IMG/VR virus record: IMGVR_UViG_3300025875_000068 | Span: 1 to 36,468 of that record | DNA length: 36,468 bases | DNA from: a virus | Lineage: Duplodnaviria > Caudoviricetes | Reading direction: 5' to 3' (one strand) | In this document: one piece after another, positions 1 through 8,384 of the stretch | How the letters are laid out: each line of letters begins with the position of its first letter | Position numbering within the stretch: the stretch's first letter is position 1 | Made by a program: the position numbers and the translations under genes | The notes under the pieces: generated by a model | What the model was told of the DNA's origin: nothing | Database searches by the model: none | The model's input: only the letters and a program-made list of their open reading frames with translations

Positions 1-93
1 TTGATCGAGCTAATGTCGGCTCAGATCGAGTGGTGCGCCGACATGCCTCTTGGGGCAGCCGGTTTCGCGGGTGAGCTTTACAGGAAGGACTAG
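1..93 (+). CDS. DNA polymerase family A (phage Pol I-like), C-terminal fragment; 5' part outside window
   Basis: Frame 1 reads LIELMSAQIEWCADMPLGAAGFAGELYRKD*, matching the typical W-x-x-x-PL-x-A-x-G...Y-RKD end of APSE/Chi-type PolA; lies upstream of VRR-NUC and SNF2 genes as in Chi-like phages. Confidence 0.75.
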   Translation: MIELMSAQIEWCADMPLGAAGFAGELYRKD

Positions 94-96
94 GAC

Positions 97-1122
97 GTGC
101 GGCTTTTCTATCATCCCGAATCGGACAGCCTCTTTTGGAGCGGCGAATGGCCGTCCGATGGTCTGTGCGAGGACGTGACCGACGAAGTGAAGCTGCGCCG
201 TGCCGCCCGTGATCGCGGGATCAAGGAGCCACCGATGATTACTGTGTCGGCCGTCGAGAAGGCGGCAGCGCAGACCATCCGTGGCTGCGGCACGATCTGC
301 AAAGACGAGCCGCAGAGGGTCGCGTTCTACAAGGAATTGCCGGCAGACAGCACGCCGTTGCAGGTCGCTCAAGCGTTCGCGGGCGTGCGTTCGGGCGGCC
401 TGGCCGGTGCGATCCAGACGAGCTACAAGAAGTGGGACCGAAAGCCGGCCGACTTCTATCCGACGCCGTTCGACGTGACGCACTCGCTCTTGCCGCTGGT
501 CCAGACGCTCGCCGACTCCGTTATCTTGGACGAACGGCCGTTCCGGATTTGGGAGCCGTGCTGCGGCGATCTCGACATGACGCGGGTGCTTCAGCACGCC
601 GGCTACGAAGTTACTTCCACCGATATCCGCGATACGGGCGTGATCCCGTTCGGCGAGGGCTTTGGTGGCTTCGACTTCCTCAATGATGATCCGGTTGAGA
701 AATTCGGATGGGAGCCGCAGCCGGACATGATCGTGATGAACCCGCCGTTCAATCTGGCGGCCGAGTTTATCGAGCGGGCGCTGCGCTACACGCCGAACGT
801 CGCCTGTTTGATGAAGATCGACTATTGGAATGCCGTCAGCCGGCTCCCGCTGTGGCAGCGCAATATCCCGCAATTCTTTCTGCCACTGACGTGGCGCCCT
901 GCCTTCCTCAAGGCTGAGCGCGGCAACTCACCGTTGATGAATTGCGCCTGGTGCGTGTGGACGGAGCATCGGGACACGCCGGATATGTGCGTGATCGAGC
1001 CGATGCGGAAGCTCGTCTATCCCGGCTATCAGGGTCCCGGCCTTCGCACCGCCATGTCGCGGCTTGTGCAGGCTATCGACGATCTCACGGAAGTTACTTC
1101 GCGTGTCAGCACGAACGCCTGA
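97..1122 (+). CDS. SAM-dependent DNA (amino, probably N6-adenine) methyltransferase-like protein with N-terminal extension
   Basis: DFYPTP, motif I-like IWEPCCGDLDM, TDIRD, catalytic-type NPPF (MIVMNPPF). Confidence 0.75.
   Translation: MRLFYHPESDSLFWSGEWPSDGLCEDVTDEVKLRRAARDRGIKEPPMITVSAVEKAAAQTIRGCGTICKDEPQRVAFYKELPADSTPLQVAQAFAGVRSGGLAGAIQTSYKKWDRKPADFYPTPFDVTHSLLPLVQTLADSVILDERPFRIWEPCCGDLDMTRVLQHAGYEVTSTDIRDTGVIPFGEGFGGFDFLNDDPVEKFGWEPQPDMIVMNPPFNLAAEFIERALRYTPNVACLMKIDYWNAVSRLPLWQRNIPQFFLPLTWRPAFLKAERGNSPLMNCAWCVWTEHRDTPDMCVIEPMRKLVYPGYQGPGLRTAMSRLVQAIDDLTEVTSRVSTNA
607..617. repeat. Dispersed palindrome GAAGTNACTTC, copy 1
   Basis: GAAGTTACTTC inside the methyltransferase gene (EVTS frame). 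Confidence 0.9.
1090..1100. repeat. Dispersed palindrome GAAGTNACTTC, copy 2
   Basis: GAAGTTACTTC at the methyltransferase/VRR-NUC junction. Confidence 0.9.
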
Positions 1123-1402
1123 AGGCAAGCTCAAGGAGAAGTGCCGCAGGCTCGCGCTGAAGCTCGGGCTGATGTTTCGCAACGTCGAAGGCAAGGGCTT
1201 CAAGGGCTGGCCCGACACGGCCTGCGGCAAATATCCGAAGGGCAGCGGCTTCCTGCATATCGAATTCAAGGCGCCTGGCAAAGAGCCGGAAGAGGCTCAG
1301 TGGGCGCGGATCAACGAGATCAGGGACGCGGGCGGCGAGGCGGATTGGGCAGATAGCTACGAGCGCTACTGTGAATTGATTGGCTACGATCTCGACCTAT
1401 GA
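1103..1402 (+). CDS. VRR-NUC domain nuclease (PD-(D/E)xK)
   Basis: E...GWPD...IEFKAPG...Q pattern; start taken at GTG 1103 (frame open from 1064); adjacent to SNF2 helicase. Confidence 0.85.
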   Translation: MSARTPEGKLKEKCRRLALKLGLMFRNVEGKGFKGWPDTACGKYPKGSGFLHIEFKAPGKEPEEAQWARINEIRDAGGEADWADSYERYCELIGYDLDL

Positions 1403-1409
1403 GGATGGT

Positions 1410-1613
1410 ATGACAAAAGCACAGCGCCGTGAAGCATTGCTCCTTTTCGAGAAAGGCTTCATCGTGCAGCCGCTCAGCTTTCGAGGGCTACCGCGCAACC
1501 GACCGCTTGGTGCGCTAGTCGAGATGGGCCTTGCGGACTTTGATCGAGGCCCTGCGGGCAGTTGTCTCAAGATAACCGGCTATATGCCTTTATGGTCCGA
1601 TCCGATTTGCTGA
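1410..1613 (+). CDS. Hypothetical protein (67 aa)
   Basis: ATG at 1410 preceded by GAGG; fills the gap between VRR-NUC and helicase. Confidence 0.55.
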   Translation: MTKAQRREALLLFEKGFIVQPLSFRGLPRNRPLGALVEMGLADFDRGPAGSCLKITGYMPLWSDPIC

Positions 1614-1614
1614 G

Positions 1615-3288
1615 ATGATGCATTACGCGATCCAGCCTGAGCGGCATGTCCGGAAGCTCGGTGATCTGCACGCTTTCCAGCGGAAGGCGAAGCGGTTCCT
1701 CCGCGAGAATCCCATGTCGCATCTCTTCATTGATCTCGGCATGGGGAAGACGGTCATCTGTCTGAGCCTGCTGCGCGACATGATCGAGAATGACGGGTGG
1801 CAGGGTAAGGCGCTGGTGATCGCCCCGCTGCGGGTGGCGAAGGCCACATGGCCGGACGAGATCGACGAGTGGGAGCATCTTCAGGGCTTCCCTTATACGC
1901 TGATCCGCGCTGAAGACGATGACGACGATATCCGCGAAGCCTATGAGGCGATCTACAAGCCCCGCTATGCGAAAGAGCGCTGGTATGGCGAGACGCCGGC
2001 TGACGCTGCCAAGCTGGCCCGATCCAAGGCGAATCCCGTTCGCCAGGCCGCCAAGGAAGAGAAGCGCGGACGCCTGGCGGTAGAGGACACGCAGCTTCAC
2101 ATTATCAACGTGCAGCGGCTCGAATGGCTCGTCGAATTCTGGAAAGCCCGCTGGCATACGCACCGCGAGCGCTGGCCGTATGACACGGTTCTGATCGACG
2201 AAGCCACGATGTTCGGCATCCACAATACGCTGCGGTTCCGAGCACTGAAGAAGGTGCTCAAGCGGATCAAGCGGATGCACCTTCTGACGGCCTCGCCCGC
2301 GTCGGAAGGCTACATGAAAATATTCGCCATGACGTATCTCGTTGACGGCGGCGAACGCCTTGGCAAGAGCATCACGGCCTATCGCGAGCGGCACTTCACG
2401 GAGAATCCTTACACCCGCGCCTGGACGCTGAAGCCAGGCCACGACAAGATCATTGCCGAGAAGATCGCTGATATCACGATGATCCTGAAGGCGGCCGACT
2501 ATCGCCATGTCATCGGTAGAGAAGCCAGCGACTTCCAACCGCTGAAGCGGAAGATCAAGCTCCCCGAAAGTCTCATGGAAGTCTATTGGCGCTTCGAGGA
2601 AACGATGTTCCTACACTTCGATACGAACGTGATCGAAGCCTTGAACGGCGGGGCGCTCGTCAACAAGCTGCTGCAATTCGCTGCCGGCGCCGTCTATGAC
2701 GAATCGAAGAAGGTCGTCGCGATCCATGACGAGAAGATCGAGGCGCTGCGCGAGTTAAAGGCCGAGCTTGGCGACGAGCCATTGATGGTCTGCTATTGGT
2801 TCAAGTCGAGCCTGGACCGGCTGAAGAAGGCGTTCCCGAAAGCCGTGGTCATGGACAAGGCCGGCAAGTGCATCAAGCCCTGGAACGAGGGCAAGATCGA
2901 CATGCTGCTCATCAATCCAGGCTCGGCCGCGCACGGCCTCAACATGCAGAAGGGGCCAGGCCATGATATCGCGTTCTTCGATCTCGTTTGGAGTCGCGAG
3001 CTTTATGAGCAAGTGATCGGCCGTCTGGCCCGCCAGGGGCAGAAGCAGCTAGTCCGCGTCCATCATTTGCTAGTGGTTGGCTCGGCCGATGAAGTCGTTT
3101 ATGACACGCTAGTTGACAAGGGCGAGGGCCAAGAGCGCCTTTTCAACTTCATCCGCGCCATGCAGAGGCGCATTGAAAAGAGGAACAGAGATGCAGGAGG
3201 CAAACCCCGCGCTCGATCAGAGCGGCGTGCTCACGCCAATGATGCAGAAGCATTTGAACGATCCCGTGATCTGGCGAAGGCTGCATGA
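1615..3288 (+). CDS. SNF2-like superfamily 2 helicase
   Basis: Motif I DLGMGKT, Ia IAPLRVA, II IDEAT, III LTASP, V HGLNMQ, VI QVIGRLARQGQ. Confidence 0.92.
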   Translation: MMHYAIQPERHVRKLGDLHAFQRKAKRFLRENPMSHLFIDLGMGKTVICLSLLRDMIENDGWQGKALVIAPLRVAKATWPDEIDEWEHLQGFPYTLIRAEDDDDDIREAYEAIYKPRYAKERWYGETPADAAKLARSKANPVRQAAKEEKRGRLAVEDTQLHIINVQRLEWLVEFWKARWHTHRERWPYDTVLIDEATMFGIHNTLRFRALKKVLKRIKRMHLLTASPASEGYMKIFAMTYLVDGGERLGKSITAYRERHFTENPYTRAWTLKPGHDKIIAEKIADITMILKAADYRHVIGREASDFQPLKRKIKLPESLMEVYWRFEETMFLHFDTNVIEALNGGALVNKLLQFAAGAVYDESKKVVAIHDEKIEALRELKAELGDEPLMVCYWFKSSLDRLKKAFPKAVVMDKAGKCIKPWNEGKIDMLLINPGSAAHGLNMQKGPGHDIAFFDLVWSRELYEQVIGRLARQGQKQLVRVHHLLVVGSADEVVYDTLVDKGEGQERLFNFIRAMQRRIEKRNRDAGGKPRARSERRAHANDAEAFERSRDLAKAA

Positions 3289-3562
3289 AGAGCATGTGGG
3301 CCTGGGATATCTCTTCAAGGATCATCTCAGTTGCCAATGGTTCGCGCTCGCCCGTTACCCGTGGCTGCCCGATGACCGGCTCCCCTGGTGGTGTAATGAG
3401 TATGATTCGCGCACGACGCTCATGGGGCGGGGCAAGACGCCGGTTGAAGCGGTGCTCGGGCTGTTCGATCATCCGAATCGCGAGAAGCCGGAAGGACTCG
3501 GCCGAGCCGTGGCCGCGCTGACGTGCGAGATCGCTAATCTGATTGCGACGATTCGGCGGTGA
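3191..3562 (+). CDS. Hypothetical protein (123 aa), overlapping helicase 3' end
   Basis: ATG 3191 preceded by GAGGAACAGAG; protein-like composition. Confidence 0.55.
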   Translation: MQEANPALDQSGVLTPMMQKHLNDPVIWRRLHEEHVGLGYLFKDHLSCQWFALARYPWLPDDRLPWWCNEYDSRTTLMGRGKTPVEAVLGLFDHPNREKPEGLGRAVAALTCEIANLIATIRR

Positions 3563-3581
3563 TCGACATGGGTAGCCTTGA

Positions 3582-4364
3582 GTGGAAGATGCGGAAGGCG
3601 GGCGAAGCGCTCGACACGCTTCGATTCGCGCTGCGCGACAATCGCGAGTATGGGATGAGGAAGCTCGGCTACAGCAAGCCGGCGATGGGAAGACGGAGCA
3701 ACTGGCCGTGGCAGAATTAGAGACGAAGCGGCGGGGCCGGCCGCCTACGGCACGCGACGAAGTTACTTCCGATCTCCTGGCGACGGGCGAGGCGAGCATC
3801 GCGCAGATCGCGCACCTATTCCGCACGGACGCCAAGACGCTCCCGAAGCGACTTCGTCGGCTCAAGCCCGTGGCCGTTCGGCGTGGCGTCAGCATGTATA
3901 GCATCCGCGACGCCGCCGCCTATCTCGTCAAGCCTGGCTACAGCATCGAGCAGTATATCCGCCAGATGCACCCTAATGAATTGCCAGTAGGGTTGATGAA
4001 GGAGTTTTGGGCCGGTCAGAAGAGCCGTCAGAGCTACGAGCTTCAGGCCGGCGATCTTTGGGTTACTTCGCAAGTCGTCGAGGCGTTGAGCGAAGCACTT
4101 AAGGAGTTGCGGATGACGACGATGCTTTTCACAGAGACAGTGGAGCGCGAAGTCGGTATTACGGAAGATCAGCGCAAGGTCTTGCGCCGACTTACGGATG
4201 GTCTGATCGACGACGCACGCAAGGCATTGGTGGAAAAGTTTAAGCATTATGAACCTTCTTCCGGACCACAGCAGCTTTCACCCTCTAGCGGAATGGGACC
4301 CGCTGAAGACGGAGATGGCGTTCTTCCAGCCGAGGATGACTCGGAAGACCCTGACGACCTTTGA
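3582..4364 (+). CDS. Terminase small subunit (DUF1441-like); real start may be GTG 3708
   Basis: HTH-like SIAQIAHLF...YSIRDAAAYLVKP and FWAGQKSRQ...GDLW segments typical of Chi-like TerS; directly upstream of TerL. Confidence 0.8.
   Translation: MEDAEGGRSARHASIRAARQSRVWDEEARLQQAGDGKTEQLAVAELETKRRGRPPTARDEVTSDLLATGEASIAQIAHLFRTDAKTLPKRLRRLKPVAVRRGVSMYSIRDAAAYLVKPGYSIEQYIRQMHPNELPVGLMKEFWAGQKSRQSYELQAGDLWVTSQVVEALSEALKELRMTTMLFTETVEREVGITEDQRKVLRRLTDGLIDDARKALVEKFKHYEPSSGPQQLSPSSGMGPAEDGDGVLPAEDDSEDPDDL
3759..3769. repeat. Dispersed palindrome GAAGTNACTTC, copy 3
   Basis: GAAGTTACTTC in terS (EVTS frame). Confidence 0.9.
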
Positions 4365-6489
4365 GAGCCTGGGCGATCTCTTCGCGAAGGTAGCGGATCA
4401 GGCGCTTCAGCCGCCGCAGCGGATGACGGTGAGCGAGTGGGCCGAGCAGGACCGCTTCATCAATCAGCCTGGCGCTTATGTCGGCCCGTGGCGCAACGAG
4501 ACGGTTCCCTACATGGTGGAGCCGATGGACGTTCTGACGGACACGGCTTTCCAGTATTGCGTCTTCGTTGGGCCGGCTCAGTGTGCGAAGACGGACGGCC
4601 TGATCGTCAACTGGATCGGCTATTCGGCGACCGTCGATCCGATGGATATGATTGTCTATGAGAAGACTTCGGTAACGGCCCGCGACTTCTCGATCCGCCG
4701 CGTGGATCGCTTGCACAAGCATTCGCCGGCCGTGGGCGCGGCCTTGCTGCCGCAACGCGACGCCGATAACCGAACGGACAAGCAGTATAAGAACGGCATG
4801 ATCCTGACGCTGAGCCATCCGTCGAAGAACGAATTGGCCGGCAAGCCCGTGGGCCGCACCGCGATCACCGATTATGATCGTATGCCCGACGATATCGACG
4901 GGGAAGGCTCGGCCTTTGATCTGGCGGCCAAGCGCGGCACGACCTTTGGCAGCTACCGGATGCACTTGGCGGAAAGCTCGCCCTCGCGTGAAATTCTCGA
5001 TCTGAAGAAGATTCCGCAGGGCAACGAAGCTCCCCCGTGCGGCGGCATCCTGGGCCTCTACAATCGCGGGGATCGCCGCCGTTGGCATTGGCCTTGCCCT
5101 GATTGCGGAAGTTACTTCGAGGGTCTGTGGGATCACATCAAGTATGATCGGCTCGCGTCCAACATGGACTCGGCCTTGTCTGTGCGAATGGTCTGCCCGC
5201 ATTGCAACTATGCGATCAAGCCTTCGCAGCGCTTCGAGATGAATAATTGGGGCGTGTGGCTCAAGGAAGGCCAGGGCATTGACGCAAACGGCCGTATCGT
5301 CGGTGAGGGCCGGCGCTCGGATATCGCGAGCTTCTGGCTTCGCGGCGTTGCTGCGGGCCTTACGAATTGGGTCAAGCTCGTCAAGTCGTATCTCGATGCC
5401 GAGGACGACTACAATCGAACCGCGTCCGAAGAGGCGCTGAAGAAATTCTACAACACTGATCTCGGCGAACCGTATGTGCCGAAGTCGGCCGCGAACGACA
5501 ACGAGCGCACCGCCGAGACGCTTCAGGGCCGTTCCTACGCCCTGCCTTACTTCGACGATGACGATCAGCAGGATATTGGCGTGCTGCGGCTCACGTCGAA
5601 CAACGCGCCGAAGTATATCGAGCCGGCTGTGCCGGAGAACGTGCGAGCGCTCGTCGCGGCCGTGGACGTGCAGCAGAATATGTTCATCGTCCAAGTCCAC
5701 GGAATCGCTCCCGGCCGGCCGTTCGATATCGTGCTGATCGACCGATTCCAGATTCGCAATTCGAAGCGGGTGGACGAACACAGCGGCGGTTTCGAGTGGC
5801 TGAAACCAGGCAGCTACACCGATGATTGGGACTTGCTGACGGAGCATGTGATCCGCCGCACCTATCCGCTCGAAGCCGATCCGTCGCGTCGGATGCAGAT
5901 CAAGCTCACGCTCTGCGACTCGGGCGGTAAAGCCGGCGTGACGAGCAACGCTTACGCCTTCGCCCGCACGCTTCGGAAGCTCGGCCTCAACTCGAAGTTT
6001 CATCTCGTCAAGGGCGCCAGCCAAATCGAGGCGCCGCGCTATCGGATCACCTATCCGGACAACAGCAACCGGACAGGCGTGAAGGGCGGTGCTCAGGGCG
6101 ACGTGCCGGTGCTCATGCTCAATCCGCTGCTCAACAAAGACACGGTGGACAACCGGCTCGACGTGATGGTGCCTGGCGCGGGCATGGTTCACTTCCCCGA
6201 TTGGCTGCCCGATTGGTTCTACCAAGAGCTTGTCGCCGAGATCAGGGACAGCAAGAAGGGCTGGACGAATCCGAACAAGCGGCGCAACGAAGCCTGGGAT
6301 TTGCTCTACTATCTCGTCGGGGCTTGTGCTTCGTCGCTTCTCAACATAGAGAAAACCGCCTGGGAAAATCCGCCCTTGTGGCTGACGCCTCAAGATAGTA
6401 ATCCTCTCGTCGTCGCGGCCGAGCGGCAGGATGAGATCGCGCCTACAACCGAGATCGACTTCAGCAGATTTGGCCGCGCTCTGGCATAA
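4249..6489 (+). CDS. Terminase large subunit, lambda gpA family (start may be 4315 or 4336)
   Basis: PY-x-x-EPMD, Walker A-like GPAQCAKT, TDYDR, SSP coupling motif, two CPxC zinc knuckles, FYNTDLGEPY, AVDVQ, RNEAWDLLYY. Confidence 0.95.
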   Translation: MNLLPDHSSFHPLAEWDPLKTEMAFFQPRMTRKTLTTFESLGDLFAKVADQALQPPQRMTVSEWAEQDRFINQPGAYVGPWRNETVPYMVEPMDVLTDTAFQYCVFVGPAQCAKTDGLIVNWIGYSATVDPMDMIVYEKTSVTARDFSIRRVDRLHKHSPAVGAALLPQRDADNRTDKQYKNGMILTLSHPSKNELAGKPVGRTAITDYDRMPDDIDGEGSAFDLAAKRGTTFGSYRMHLAESSPSREILDLKKIPQGNEAPPCGGILGLYNRGDRRRWHWPCPDCGSYFEGLWDHIKYDRLASNMDSALSVRMVCPHCNYAIKPSQRFEMNNWGVWLKEGQGIDANGRIVGEGRRSDIASFWLRGVAAGLTNWVKLVKSYLDAEDDYNRTASEEALKKFYNTDLGEPYVPKSAANDNERTAETLQGRSYALPYFDDDDQQDIGVLRLTSNNAPKYIEPAVPENVRALVAAVDVQQNMFIVQVHGIAPGRPFDIVLIDRFQIRNSKRVDEHSGGFEWLKPGSYTDDWDLLTEHVIRRTYPLEADPSRRMQIKLTLCDSGGKAGVTSNAYAFARTLRKLGLNSKFHLVKGASQIEAPRYRITYPDNSNRTGVKGGAQGDVPVLMLNPLLNKDTVDNRLDVMVPGAGMVHFPDWLPDWFYQELVAEIRDSKKGWTNPNKRRNEAWDLLYYLVGACASSLLNIEKTAWENPPLWLTPQDSNPLVVAAERQDEIAPTTEIDFSRFGRALA
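5108..5118. repeat. Dispersed palindrome GAAGTNACTTC, copy 4
   Basis: GAAGTTACTTC in terL (GSYF frame). Confidence 0.9.
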
Positions 6490-6504
6490 GAGGGAGCGGG
6501 CTAA

Positions 6505-6738
6505 ATGCAGTTGACACCGGCAAAGGCCATAGTCCTTCTCGGGCAGGCCCGCACGGCGCGTCACCAAATGGTGACAGGAAAGCTCGCCCGCGTCTTCATG
6601 GATCAGAACGGTGAGCGCGTCGAATTCTTGGCGACGAACATCGCGCAACTCGACAAGTATATCCGTGAGCTTGAAGCGATCTGCAACCCCGTGGCTGCCC
6701 TTCACAACCGGCCGCGACCGATTGGATTCACGTTCTAA
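6505..6738 (+). CDS. Head-tail joining protein gpW
   Basis: 77 aa, A-x-H-x-x-x-TG...DQNGERVEF...LDKYIRELE pattern; between terL and portal. Confidence 0.9.
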   Translation: MQLTPAKAIVLLGQARTARHQMVTGKLARVFMDQNGERVEFLATNIAQLDKYIRELEAICNPVAALHNRPRPIGFTF

Positions 6739-8384
6739 TGGGAACCGCTCTCACCGTGATCGCGCCGGACGCTTCCGGCGAGCAACTGGCGTTCGGCGGC
6801 GGCTTGGAAGGCGCCGAGCGGACTAGCCGCGAGACCGTTTCCTGGCGGCCGGTCTTCGGCTCGCCGGATCAGTCGATCAACCCCGTTAAGCGCGAGGCCG
6901 ATGCTCGGTCCCGCGACATGGTGCTCAACGATGGTTATTCGGCCGGCGCGGTGGCGCTGCACAAGGATAGCATCGTCGGCTCGCAATACCGGCTTAACGC
7001 AAAGCCGGACTATCGAGTGCTCGGAGCCGACGCCGAGTGGGCCGAAGAGTTTGCCGTGGCCGCTGAGAGCCGCTTTAACCTTGCGGCTGAGAATGAAAGC
7101 TGCTGGTTCGACGCGGCAGGGCAACTCACCTTTACCGGCATGGTTCGGCTCGTCACAGGCGCTTTCGTCTATACCGGCGAGATTTTGGCAACGGCCGAGT
7201 GGATCAAGGACGGCCGGCCGTTCAACACCGCGATCCAGCTTGTCTCGCCGGATCGGTTGAGCAATCCCGATGGCGTGTCCGACGACCGGCTGCTGCGCGG
7301 CGGCGTGCGGAAGAACCCTCGCGGCAAGCCCATCGGCTACTATATCCGCCAGGGCCACCCCGAAGAGTGGTATGACAACCGGCAGAATTCGTGGGCCTAT
7401 ATTCCCGCGATGAAGCCGTGGGGCCGCCGCCAGGTGATCCATGTGATCGACCCGCAGCAGATCGACCAAACGCGAGGCGTCGCCGACATGGTGGCCGCGC
7501 TTAAGCACGCTCGGATGACGAAGAAGTTTTCCGAGGTCACGCTTCAGAACGCCGTTATCAACGCGAGCTTCGCGGCGGCTATCGAGTCCGAGCTTCCTTC
7601 GCCGGAAGTCGTCGCAGCGATGGGTGGTGGCAAGGAAGGCTATCAGGATGCGATTGCCAATTATCTGACGATGCTTGAAGGCTATCTCGGCGCGGCGGAT
7701 AATGTGCATATTGACGGCGCGAAGATTCCGCACTTCTTCCCCGGCACGAAGCTGAATCTGAAGCCGATGGGAACGCCTGGCGGCGTCGGAAGTGACTTCG
7801 AAGCGTCGCTGCTGCGGCGGCAGGCCGCTGTGCTCGGCGTCAGCTATGAAGAGCTTTCCCGCGATCTGTCGCGCACCAACTACTCCGGTTGGAAGGCGGG
7901 CGCGTCGATCACCGGCCGAGCGATGGGCGCTCGCAAGAAGCTCGTCGCGGATCGCTTCGCGCAGAACGTCTATGAGCTTTGGGTAGAAGAAGAGATCGCT
8001 GCGGGCAATCTGCCGCTGCCGGCTGGTCGCAATCGCACGGACTTCTACCGCGACAACGGCATGGCGAAGGCCGCCTACACCCGCGCCACCTTCGTCGGCT
8101 CCGGCATCGGCCAGATTGACGAGTTGAAGGAAACGCAGGCTGCCATGCTGCGCGTCAAGGCGGGGCTTTCGACCTACGAGATCGAGTGCGCGAAGCTCGG
8201 CCGCGACTACCGCGAAGTCTTCGAGCAGTTGGCCCGCGAACAGAAGTTGATTGGGGCGCTCGGCATCCCGGTCAACCTTGACGCGACGGCCAAGGGCAAG
8301 CAGACGGCCGCTAGCACGCTCAAGGGCGACGGCCAGAGCGACGATGCTCAGGGCGGCCAGGAAGAGGAAACCGAAGATGAATGA
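6738..8384 (+). CDS. Portal protein, lambda family
   Basis: ARSRDMVLND, QTRGV, GVSYEELSRD-x-SRTNYS, IDELKE motifs; position. Confidence 0.95.
   Translation: MGTALTVIAPDASGEQLAFGGGLEGAERTSRETVSWRPVFGSPDQSINPVKREADARSRDMVLNDGYSAGAVALHKDSIVGSQYRLNAKPDYRVLGADAEWAEEFAVAAESRFNLAAENESCWFDAAGQLTFTGMVRLVTGAFVYTGEILATAEWIKDGRPFNTAIQLVSPDRLSNPDGVSDDRLLRGGVRKNPRGKPIGYYIRQGHPEEWYDNRQNSWAYIPAMKPWGRRQVIHVIDPQQIDQTRGVADMVAALKHARMTKKFSEVTLQNAVINASFAAAIESELPSPEVVAAMGGGKEGYQDAIANYLTMLEGYLGAADNVHIDGAKIPHFFPGTKLNLKPMGTPGGVGSDFEASLLRRQAAVLGVSYEELSRDLSRTNYSGWKAGASITGRAMGARKKLVADRFAQNVYELWVEEEIAAGNLPLPAGRNRTDFYRDNGMAKAAYTRATFVGSGIGQIDELKETQAAMLRVKAGLSTYEIECAKLGRDYREVFEQLAREQKLIGALGIPVNLDATAKGKQTAASTLKGDGQSDDAQGGQEEETEDE
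7789..7799. repeat. Dispersed palindrome GAAGTNACTTC, copy 5 (central G)
   Basis: GAAGTGACTTC in portal gene (GSDF frame). Confidence 0.8.

Noticed and set aside
3563-3707. Possible cos site or late promoter upstream of terS
   Set aside because: No recognisable cos symmetry or promoter spacing; in Chi-like genomes the cohesive ends are not adjacent to terS.
4285-6705. 806-aa antisense ORF, and similar long opposite-strand ORFs (6735..8411, 8320..9747, 10108..11769, 17831..19144, 29233..30744, 31109..32377)
   Set aside because: They mirror well-supported genes codon for codon; such shadow ORFs are expected with strong GC3 bias and show no recognisable motifs.
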